From assembly GCF_000010065.1 (NCBI RefSeq), contig NC_006576.1, positions 450,001 through 482,000 on the forward strand: a DNA stretch of 32,000 nt, given 5' to 3'. This document shows positions 22,367 through 30,180 of this stretch, piece by piece. The notes beneath the pieces were generated by a model. The model saw only the letters and a program-made list of their open reading frames with translations, did no database searches and was not told the DNA's origin. The position numbers were made by a program, and so were the translations under genes. This DNA comes from Synechococcus elongatus PCC 6301. Its GTDB lineage: Bacteria; Cyanobacteriota; Cyanobacteriia; Synechococcales; Synechococcaceae. How positions within the stretch are numbered: position 1 is the stretch's first letter; each line of letters begins with the position of its first letter.

Positions 22367-23455
22367 TCAAACAATGGCAAGACTGGTGAGGTCGCCCTGA
22401 AAACCGGTGATTTCAATCAGGAGATCACGCTCAGCTTGAAACCCAGCTAAGTCATCATTGAAAGCCACAAAAGTTCGCTGCTCGATTTGAAAGGTTGCCG
22501 CACCATTGGCCATGAAACGATCAGGCGTCAGCACCGCCACGAGTGACTCTGGGTCGAGGCTGCTCACTGTACCCACGTTACTGATTTCTGTCGCACTGAC
22601 AGAATTAGGGCCAACCAAGCGATCGCTGCCGATTTGAAAGTCGGTTATCTGATCAAAACCTGATAGTTGTGAATCTGCGATCGCTCGGTAGAGAAACTGA
22701 TCTTGCCCTGCTCCACCAGTCAATGTATCCGCGCCGAGTTCCCCAATTAGATTGTCATCCCCATTTCCAGCAGTTAGCAAATCGTTGCCGTTAGTACCGA
22801 TCAGCGTAAAAGCCTCGCTACTACTGAGCTGGTTATCATCATTACCCTTGACGATAGACCGTGCTTCACTGATCGCGATCGCGGTAGCTGGGGAACCGGA
22901 ACTCACTACAACCTGCTGAGCGATCGCAGTGACTTGAAGAGCGTTGGGCAAACTCGAATCATCACCAGTCACTTGAGCAAGCAAGGCTTGCACGGTTGGC
23001 AAAGCGATTGGGTTTTTAGAGAAGTCATAAGCTTCAATTTCCTCAAGGCTATCTAGTGATCTGGTGAATAGATCAGCCACTAGAACTTTATTGAGAAAAG
23101 TCTGAGCATCTCGGCTGCCCTCTTCAATCCCCTCAACAATCGCGATCGCTAAATTGGCTAAGCTGAGCCGGCCAGATTCCAACTCTTTGACATAGAAATC
23201 TTGACCGATGGGATCAGCGTCGCGGTTCAGAATTGTTTGGAAGAGCGTATTGACAGCCTCAGCGGCAGACAAAGAGCTGAATCGCAAGAAAGACTCTACT
23301 GACTCACCAAAGGCTTCAGCGATCGCCCCGTAGTTAAGGGTGCTGAGATTGTCCTGAACGATCACATCCCAAAATTTTTGACCTGCAGGATCTGCTGGCC
23401 GACCATAAAAAGCAACATAGAGCTGCTGAGCAGAAGTAATCTTCAGATTAGCCAT
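22367..23455 (-). CDS. Secreted DUF4214-like plus RTX (hemolysin-type Ca-binding repeat) protein
   Basis: In this 362-aa ORF the N-terminal half (YVAFYGRPADPAGQKFW...LFQTILNRDADPIGQDFYV) looks like DUF4214. Residues ~220-255 (GTNGNDLLTAGNGDDNLIGELGADTLTGGAGQDQF) are GGxGxD nonapeptide repeats. There is no N-terminal signal peptide, consistent with type I secretion. Confidence 0.75.
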   Translation of the reverse strand: MANLKITSAQQLYVAFYGRPADPAGQKFWDVIVQDNLSTLNYGAIAEAFGESVESFLRFSSLSAAEAVNTLFQTILNRDADPIGQDFYVKELESGRLSLANLAIAIVEGIEEGSRDAQTFLNKVLVADLFTRSLDSLEEIEAYDFSKNPIALPTVQALLAQVTGDDSSLPNALQVTAIAQQVVVSSGSPATAIAISEARSIVKGNDDNQLSSSEAFTLIGTNGNDLLTAGNGDDNLIGELGADTLTGGAGQDQFLYRAIADSQLSGFDQITDFQIGSDRLVGPNSVSATEISNVGTVSSLDPESLVAVLTPDRFMANGAATFQIEQRTFVAFNDDLAGFQAERDLLIEITGFQGDLTSLAIV

Positions 23456-23534
23456 AATATTTAACTCTCAGAGACTTAAACTTAGAAGAGTCTGGAGACT
23501 AGCCCAGAAATAATAAGGCTGGAAATTTTTGGCC

Positions 23535-23547
23535 GCCTAAATCAATT
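23535..23547. repeat. Direct repeat copy 1 (GCCTAAATCAATT)
   Basis: This exact 13-nt sequence is repeated at 23710-23722. Each copy is preceded by GAGACTAGC (about 23496 and 23692). Confidence 0.5.
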
Positions 23548-23709
23548 AAATCCTGTACTTATTGCCAGACTCTAGATCACGACCTCTAGGTTTATTTAGT
23601 CACTATTGTTACTTTGGGATAGCTTTTTGAGAAGGTGCAATTTAAGATTAATTTACTGCAACTTTATTGTGCGTTAAATTAATAGTATTAGAGACTAGCT
23701 ATGATAATA

Positions 23710-23722
23710 GCCTAAATCAATT
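23710..23722. repeat. Direct repeat copy 2 (GCCTAAATCAATT)
   Basis: Exact match to 23535-23547, within the same AT-rich intergenic region. Confidence 0.5.
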
Positions 23723-23889
23723 TCAGAGATTCTTGGTCAAGATATCCAAAAGATTAGTCAGCAGAATTTACAACCTAGATAGCCCAATCATCCCAAAATT
23801 AAAGATTAGACGTAGAGCGTCAATCCCAATTTAGCGAAACGTCTTTGTTAGATGCTGATCGAGCTCCTGATTTTAGCCTCTATAGAACA

Positions 23890-23927
23890 ACCCGCAGTGC
23901 ATGAGCTAGACGTCATGAACTACGGGT
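23890..23927 (-). terminator. Candidate terminator hairpin downstream of tldD
   Basis: An imperfect hairpin (ACCCG.AGT.CATGA / TCATG.ACT.CGGGT) has 13 bp, two 1x1 mismatches and an 8-nt loop. It lies 35 nt past the tldD stop. On the minus strand TTGTTCTAT follows. Confidence 0.35.
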
Positions 23928-23961
23928 CGATATCTAACATTGCAACGGTTGCTCAGGTTAT

Positions 23962-25440
23962 CTAGCGGCCACCCACAGTGATGGCATCAACCTTGAGGTG
24001 GGGCTGGCCCACCGTCACGTAGACGCTGCCGCTGACTGAGCCGCAGAAGCCCGGTGCGAGACCAAGATCGTTCGAGCACATGGAAATGCGCTGCATGATC
24101 TCGGTTGCCTCACCAATCAAAGTTGCACCCTTCAGCGGCTTTGTGATGCGCCCATTCTCAATCAAATAAGCTTCATCAACGGCAAAGTTAAACTGACCCG
24201 TTGCGCCAACACTACCGCCACCCATCTTCTTGCAGTAGATGCCGCGATCGATTGATCCCAAGAGATCCTCAAAGCGATGAGGTCCCGGGGCAATGTAGGT
24301 GTTGCGCATCCGCGAAGCCGCTGCGTAGGTGTAGTTACTCCGGCGACCACTGCCAGTTCGGGGTTGGCCTGTCCGCAGTTCCCCCGCGCGATCAGCGATG
24401 AAGTTTTTGAGGATGCCATTTTCGATCAGCAAGGTGCGCTGCACCGGCATGCCTTCGTCATCCATGTCAAGGGTGCCAAAGGCATCGGGCGACAGGCCCT
24501 CATCCCAGGCTGTGACACTGCTGTGCGCGATCGCTTCTCCTTTCTTGTCTTTGAACGGGGTGGTACCGCGCTCAATTTGCGTGGTTTCCAGCAAGTGTCC
24601 ACAGGCTTCGTGGAAAATCACGCCACCAAACTGGTTTGCCAGAATCACCGGATAGGTGCCTGACTCTACAAAATCGGCGTAGAGCATTTGGCCCGCCGAC
24701 TCTGCGACTTCAGCGGCATCCGCTTCAGAATCCCACGATCGCAAAAAGTCAGGATTGCTCGTGTCTCCCACCCGTTTGCCAATCGAGGCACGGTAGCTGC
24801 CATCCGCACAAAGTAGGTTGTAGCCCACGGATTGAGTGAGGCGAATATCTCGCGCAAAGGTCCCATCACTGGCTGCAACCAACACCTCTTGCCAGTCACG
24901 AAAATAGGCGGCCCGGCGAGACTGCGCATGCTTCGCCTGTCGTTGCAGGCGATCGCTCGCGGACAGCAACAGATCACCCATCTCCGCCATGGAGCTACAG
25001 CGGCTTAGCCACTGATCTTTTTGGCGCAGTTGGCCATAGTCGCGCAGCGGTTCCAGATTGACCGGTGGGACAAGGGATTGCGCACTGGGTAATTGCAGGC
25101 CGAGGATCCCTAAAGCTTGTTCGAGCGATCGCTTCAGCCCCTCATAGGACAAGTCATTGGTGCTGACATAGCAATCCGTGGTACCTCGAAACACCCGCAC
25201 CCCTGCACCACTCGCTAGCCGTGGTGACAGGCTGGTCACTGCATCCTCTTCGACTAGGCAGCTAATGTACTGAACGCGCTCGAGGAAAAACTCGACAAAG
25301 CCTGCGCCGGCAGCCCGTCCAAGTCCTAGCAGTTGTGCCAGTGCCGGCGTCCAGCTGCTATCAAAACGCTGGCGATCGCCGGCCGCCAGATCAGCAGCCA
25401 ACGTTAGGGAAAGGGGCGGTGCAACAACCATGGCAAGCAC
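23962..25440 (-). CDS. tldD: TldD-type metallopeptidase (TldD/PmbA family, 'microcin-processing peptidase'-like)
   Basis: The 492-aa ORF has the HExxxH site in [13 protein letters not shown] Gly-rich C-terminal beta region ([23 protein letters not shown]) is typical of the family. Confidence 0.85.
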   Translation of the reverse strand: MLAMVVAPPLSLTLAADLAAGDRQRFDSSWTPALAQLLGLGRAAGAGFVEFFLERVQYISCLVEEDAVTSLSPRLASGAGVRVFRGTTDCYVSTNDLSYEGLKRSLEQALGILGLQLPSAQSLVPPVNLEPLRDYGQLRQKDQWLSRCSSMAEMGDLLLSASDRLQRQAKHAQSRRAAYFRDWQEVLVAASDGTFARDIRLTQSVGYNLLCADGSYRASIGKRVGDTSNPDFLRSWDSEADAAEVAESAGQMLYADFVESGTYPVILANQFGGVIFHEACGHLLETTQIERGTTPFKDKKGEAIAHSSVTAWDEGLSPDAFGTLDMDDEGMPVQRTLLIENGILKNFIADRAGELRTGQPRTGSGRRSNYTYAAASRMRNTYIAPGPHRFEDLLGSIDRGIYCKKMGGGSVGATGQFNFAVDEAYLIENGRITKPLKGATLIGEATEIMQRISMCSNDLGLAPGFCGSVSGSVYVTVGQPHLKVDAITVGGR

Positions 25441-25580
25441 AAGACTCTAACTTCCGTTCAGTCTAACAACGACTCTTGCTTGGCCTAGAGGGACAGTTTG
25501 ACGAGGGACTCGCACGGCTCTGTTGAAAGGGAGGAGCCTGCGATAATCAAGCGACGTGACTGTCTCCCTGTCGCAAATTT

Positions 25581-26414
25581 ATGGTTTCCCGTCGCTCTTC
25601 AGTTCTTCCTTTCCAGCGCTGGTTAGGAGCACAGCGACGGCAGCGCCTCCGACTGTGGCTGACCCTCGTGCGGCGAGAACTCGAAGCTCAGTACCAAGGA
25701 TCTGTGCTGGGTAATGCTTGGCCTCTACTCAATCAGCTTTCGCAGCTGTTGATTTACACTTATATCTTCTCGATGATTCTCAAAACCCGTCCTGCTCTGG
25801 CCAGCCTTGGCGATAGCACTATGGGCTATGGTCTTTGGCTTTTCTCTGGCCTGCTGCCGTGGATTGCCTTTACGAATGGCTTTAGTCGAGCTGCGACTGC
25901 GGTAATCCGTCAGCCCAATCTCGTCAAAAAGGTGGTCTTCCCCCTAGGACTTTTGCCCCTTGTTGACCCAGGGGTCGCTTTGGTCGAAAGTGCGTTTGGC
26001 ACCCTAGTCTTGCTGGCCGCGACAGCGATCGCTGGGGTGAATCTGCAAGGGGCGCTCTGGTTGCCCCTCCTCTGGCTGCCCCAATTTCTGCTGACGGCTG
26101 GTTTGGCTTATCTGCTAGCAGGGTTGACCGTCTACCTGCGAGATATCCCTCAAATTGTCGGTGTTTCGCTCAATCTCTGGTTCTATCTGACACCGATCGT
26201 CTACCCCTTGACCCTCATCCCAGAACCTTTACGAGGCTGGTTGCTGACACTCAACCCCATGGCGCAGTTGGTGGAGCTCTATCGTTCTACCCTGTTTGAG
26301 CAGCAATTTCAAAGTGAATTGTGGTTCCAGTTCACCGCGATCGCGCTCGTGCTGTTTTGGGCCGGTCGGCGCTGTTTCCAGCGCCTGCAACCGGGATTTT
26401 CCGACATTCTCTAG
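25581..26414 (+). CDS. ABC-2 type polysaccharide/O-antigen exporter permease (Wzm/KpsM-like)
   Basis: The 277-aa ORF has six predicted TM segments and family-typical stretches: LVRRELEAQYQGSVLGNAWPLLNQL and NLWFYLTPIVYP. Confidence 0.8.
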   Translation: MVSRRSSVLPFQRWLGAQRRQRLRLWLTLVRRELEAQYQGSVLGNAWPLLNQLSQLLIYTYIFSMILKTRPALASLGDSTMGYGLWLFSGLLPWIAFTNGFSRAATAVIRQPNLVKKVVFPLGLLPLVDPGVALVESAFGTLVLLAATAIAGVNLQGALWLPLLWLPQFLLTAGLAYLLAGLTVYLRDIPQIVGVSLNLWFYLTPIVYPLTLIPEPLRGWLLTLNPMAQLVELYRSTLFEQQFQSELWFQFTAIALVLFWAGRRCFQRLQPGFSDIL

Positions 26415-26471
26415 GGGCGGAGAGGGACAGCTGAGTCCTCGTCAATCACTTTGGCAGCGATCGCACCAGAT

Positions 26472-27470
26472 TTAGCCTTCCCGCAGCACCTGGACCAGTT
26501 GAGTGGCCAGAACCAACAACTGCGATCGCTCAAAACTGGCGGCCAAGGCCCGAGCGGCTTCTTGAGGTTCAATCGGAATGCTAACCACCGTGGCGGTGTA
26601 GGGATCGATTGCCCCACCGGCTAACCGAGCCAGAGCAGGAGTGACGGCAACTTGATCAGCTCGGCCCAATTGCCATTGATCGCTGGCCTGCTTGAGGTTG
26701 CGAACCACAACCGCCGCTAGCTGAGCAAAGCTATTTTCAGGCTTGGCGATCGCCCGAGAGCAGATATCCAAGAGGTACTGCCAAGCAGGTTCCGACGAGA
26801 GATTGCGCAGTTGCTGACAAGTATGGAGAATCTGCTGCCGTTGCTCAGTCGTTTCCTCGGCCCGAAAATGCTCGAGGAGCTGTTGCAGCAACGCCGTGAC
26901 GGCGTCATCGGCTCCCATGCTGGCAGCTGTGGCAGTCGGGGTGGCCAGCAGGCTTTCCCAACGATCGACGCGCGGTGCGGATGGGGTCGCTTGACCAGCA
27001 GCTGCTAGCAAGTTCTGGAGTTCCGTAAAGGCTGGGTCCGATTGCTCGAGAGTTTGGCGGGTGTATTCCGTCTCCAGCTCACCATTGTTCTGCAGATGCT
27101 CGAGCAGGTTGCAAAGAAAATCAAAGCCCTGCAAAAACAGTGACTGCGCTTCTGGGCTAGCAACGTCGGGTTGGTCGCGCAGCACCTTAAAGCCATCTTC
27201 GAGGCGGTGTGCAACATGCTGAATGCTCTGTAAACCCAACATGGCTGCGCCCCCCTTAACGGAGTGGGCGGAGCGGAGGAGTTCATTGATGCGCTCTGAA
27301 TCTTGGCTGGTGGCCACCAGATCCATCAAACCCTTCTCGATTGTGTCGAGATTCTCGCGGGCTTCTTCAATGAAGTATTCGAGAACCTGTTGCTGTTCTG
27401 CATCCACGAGCCCAATCCCTCTCCGCTGAAGCCACAACAATGCATGGCCTATTTTGCCTGACCTAAGCAA
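26472..27470 (-). CDS. Stand-alone Hpt (histidine phosphotransfer) domain protein
   Basis: In this 332-aa ORF the N-terminal FIEEARENLDTIEKGLMDL...LLRSAHSVKGGAAMLGL is the CheA-P1/Hpt signature, including the phospho-accepting His. GTG at 27407 is a possible alternative start. I do not recognise the C-terminal ~200 aa. Confidence 0.75.
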   Translation of the reverse strand: MLRSGKIGHALLWLQRRGIGLVDAEQQQVLEYFIEEARENLDTIEKGLMDLVATSQDSERINELLRSAHSVKGGAAMLGLQSIQHVAHRLEDGFKVLRDQPDVASPEAQSLFLQGFDFLCNLLEHLQNNGELETEYTRQTLEQSDPAFTELQNLLAAAGQATPSAPRVDRWESLLATPTATAASMGADDAVTALLQQLLEHFRAEETTEQRQQILHTCQQLRNLSSEPAWQYLLDICSRAIAKPENSFAQLAAVVVRNLKQASDQWQLGRADQVAVTPALARLAGGAIDPYTATVVSIPIEPQEAARALAASFERSQLLVLATQLVQVLREG

Positions 27471-27503
27471 GCTCTGAGCAGATCTTGTGGAATTGTTGTG
27501 GAT

Positions 27504-29516
27504 CTAGTCCACAGACTCTAGGCTTTCGACCACCTCAAATTGGATGCGATCTTGGCGCGGGTCGGCGTGGGTGACGCGTAGAGCCAAGCGATCGCCCAGT
27601 TCCACGGGCTGACTGAGGCGAATTGGCAGCTCTAAGCCAAGGTCTTCAATCAGAATCAACGCAAGTTGCTCGTGCTCTCGCAGCCAGCGCAGAATCAGGG
27701 ACGACCAGATGCGATCGCCCTGACGACGCAGGTACTCCAGACCCCAGTAGCGATTGGTCTGCCGCTCCACCAGCACGGCTTCATAGCTGAGGCTGAGGGT
27801 ACTCTGCAGCAGTGTTTCCAGTTCTTCTGCACTGAAGGGGAGTTGGTCGCCCCGCAGATGCGCCTTGATTTGGAAGTGGGTAACGAGGTCGGTGTAGCGC
27901 CGAATCGGGGAGGTGACCTGCGAGTAGCGGTCGAGGCCCAAGCTGGCATGGCGCTGGGGGTTGAGACTCGTTTCGCTGCGAGGCATACAGCGCCGGATTG
28001 CACAGGATCGGACAGGACCGGCAGGCAGCGCCAGCAATTCTTCTTCGCTCGGTAATTCCGGTTGGGGCTGTCCCCGGAACGGTAGCGGTAAGCCGTTTGT
28101 TGCGCCGTAGTGGCCCGCGACTTCACCTGCCAGAATCATCATTTCGGCGACGAGGGCACGCGCAGCCGATTCTTCTAGCACGGAAATCGAGATTTGATCG
28201 TCGGCTTCAGAGACCTTGATCACCGCCTCAGGCATGTTGATGGCGATCGCCCCTTGCTGGTGCCGCCACCGGCGTCGCCGTTGGGCCATCTCCCAGAGGT
28301 CGAGTAATTCTTGCTCTGCTGTCACGCCGAGGTCGAGCATTTCGTCGACATCTTCGTAGGTGAGGCGATAGGTCGGTCGAATTTGGCTGGGCACAATCTC
28401 GTAGCTGGCGATCGCCCCTTGCTCATCCAGACAGATACCAAAGCTGAGGGCACAGCAGGCTTGCCCTTGCACCAAACTCATCGGACCGGCCGCCAGTTCC
28501 AAGGGGAACATCGGTACCATGCCGGTGGGTAAATAGATGGTGGTGCTGCGGCGACGGGCTTCCAGATCTAGGGCATCGCCCGGTTCAATCAAGCGGGTTG
28601 GGTCAGCAACATGCACCCAGAGTTGGAGGCGACCGTCGCTGAGCCGCTGACAGCTCAAACCATCGTCAATCTCCCGTGTACTCTCATCATCGATCGTGTA
28701 GACCTTGAGATGGCTGAGATCCTGACGGCGATCGCGGTCAACGGGAGGAGCATCTAAGCAAGTTTGAACCACATCCATCACCGCGACAGGGAATGTTGTC
28801 GGGACTTGGCTGCGGCGCAAAAAGAGATTTTCGTGCGGTTGCCAGTAACCCAAGGCGACCAACAGGTCATGGGCAGCCTGAGCCGAGGCTTGGCGACCTA
28901 AAGCTGTCAGAACTTCGGTCGCAGCTCGAGTGTTGTTGCCGTCTTCGCTAAAGAGTGCCCATTGTTCGAGGGCCTTCAACCAAGGGCGATCGCTATCGAT
29001 CCAAGTGACAGTCTCACCACCTTGTGCCTGCTGACAGCGATCGAGAAAGTTTTGCCAGAGTCGGGCTTTTTCAGCAGCGATCGCCAGCTGTCGTTGCTGC
29101 TCAGCGACTTGCTCACGGCTGCGCGCTTCGTAGCGATCGCGGCGCTGCCGGAAGTAGGTGCGATCGTCATCCAAGAGACGAAAGGTCGCGTAGAGGGCGG
29201 CTGGATCCGCTTGTGAGAACAGCAGATCACTGAGGATTGCGAGTTCTGCCTCTTCCCCTTCATCAACCAACATTTCCCAAGCGATCGCTAACGCATCGGG
29301 GTCGAGTAGGGCCTCCACTTCCCTGCGAAAAGCAGCAAGCTCTTGGGGTTTATAGATTTGTCCCGCCACCACATAGGTGAAATCGCGGGGGTGGAGCGAG
29401 CGGTTTGCCCCGCGTTCATCGACGACAATCCAATTTTTTTTGCCGTCTGGACGATCCAAAACGCCTAAGTGGCGTTGACCACCTAGGCGAAACTCAATCA
29501 GCGTTCCTGCTTCCAC
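27504..29516 (-). CDS. rnb: RNase II/RNase R-family 3'-5' exoribonuclease
   Basis: The 670-aa ORF has RNB-domain motifs (YTIDDESTREIDDGLS, HASLGLDRYSQVTSPIRRYTDL) and a C-terminal S1-like region. Confidence 0.9.
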   Translation of the reverse strand: MEAGTLIEFRLGGQRHLGVLDRPDGKKNWIVVDERGANRSLHPRDFTYVVAGQIYKPQELAAFRREVEALLDPDALAIAWEMLVDEGEEAELAILSDLLFSQADPAALYATFRLLDDDRTYFRQRRDRYEARSREQVAEQQRQLAIAAEKARLWQNFLDRCQQAQGGETVTWIDSDRPWLKALEQWALFSEDGNNTRAATEVLTALGRQASAQAAHDLLVALGYWQPHENLFLRRSQVPTTFPVAVMDVVQTCLDAPPVDRDRRQDLSHLKVYTIDDESTREIDDGLSCQRLSDGRLQLWVHVADPTRLIEPGDALDLEARRRSTTIYLPTGMVPMFPLELAAGPMSLVQGQACCALSFGICLDEQGAIASYEIVPSQIRPTYRLTYEDVDEMLDLGVTAEQELLDLWEMAQRRRRWRHQQGAIAINMPEAVIKVSEADDQISISVLEESAARALVAEMMILAGEVAGHYGATNGLPLPFRGQPQPELPSEEELLALPAGPVRSCAIRRCMPRSETSLNPQRHASLGLDRYSQVTSPIRRYTDLVTHFQIKAHLRGDQLPFSAEELETLLQSTLSLSYEAVLVERQTNRYWGLEYLRRQGDRIWSSLILRWLREHEQLALILIEDLGLELPIRLSQPVELGDRLALRVTHADPRQDRIQFEVVESLESVD

Positions 29517-29537
29517 AAGCTTGTCCTAGGGCAGGAT

Positions 29538-29753
29538 TTAGCCTTCTTGGTTGAGGAACGGTAGCAGGGCCAGAATCCGAGCCCGCTTGATTGCAACCGC
29601 TAAATCGCGCTGTTGACGTGCGGTCAGGCCAGTGATCCGACGGGGAAGAATTTTGCCCCGTTCGGTGATGAACTTGCGCAGCAGATCGACATCTTTATAG
29701 TCGATTGGATCGCTGGGCTTGATGGGAGAGAGACGACGACGGAAATAGCTCAT
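29538..29753 (-). CDS. rpsR: 30S ribosomal protein S18
   Basis: From the internal ATG at 29753 the product is [66 protein letters not shown] (71 aa). The 9-codon extension in the track ORF is probably not translated. Confidence 0.92.
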   Translation of the reverse strand: MSYFRRRLSPIKPSDPIDYKDVDLLRKFITERGKILPRRITGLTARQQRDLAVAIKRARILALLPFLNQEG

Positions 29754-29808
29754 GACGGATCCCGAAAAAACAAACGACAAGGGAGATCAGGGTTCTGCAC
29801 TGGCAGAC

Positions 29809-30003
29809 CTATTTGATCTCTTTATGTGCGGTGTGCTTGTTGCAGTGCGGGCAGAATTTTTTGATTTCTAGCCGTTCCGTCGTGTTGCGACGGTTTTTCT
29901 GCGTGGTGTAGCGGGACACGCCTGGAGAGCGCTTAGCTGTGTTGGACCGACATTCCGTGCACTCGAGAGTGATCACGATGCGGGCGCCCTTCGCCTTGGC
30001 CAT
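29809..30003 (-). CDS. rpmG: 50S ribosomal protein L33
   Basis: From the ATG at 30003 the product is [64 protein letters not shown] (64 aa, zinc-ribbon CxxC...CxxC). The longer track ORF is an upstream read-through artefact. Confidence 0.92.
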   Translation of the reverse strand: MAKAKGARIVITLECTECRSNTAKRSPGVSRYTTQKNRRNTTERLEIKKFCPHCNKHTAHKEIK

Positions 30004-30180
30004 GATTGTTCGACCTTGATGGTTAAGACACAATCTTGAATCATGCCATGCGATCGCCTCTGGGGGCAAGTAATACAAGTTGAGGGCCGCTGGCAATAGC
30101 CGGATGCAGGTCTGGGCGATCGCTGCCCCAAGCAAGCAATAGGCACAGTACCCTGTAGGCTAGTCAGGCTCTGGATATCC

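Noticed and set aside
26411-26617. 68-aa minus-strand ORF overlapping the 3' ends of the permease and Hpt genes
   Set aside because: It is an alternative frame of the well-supported Hpt gene's C-terminal region and runs into the permease stop. It has no independent support.
29754-30135. N-terminal extensions of the S18 (to 29780) and L33 (to 30135) track ORFs
   Set aside because: The canonical S18 and L33 N-termini (MSYFRR..., [10 protein letters not shown]...) begin at internal ATGs. The extensions are not conserved-looking and would be unprecedented for these ribosomal proteins.
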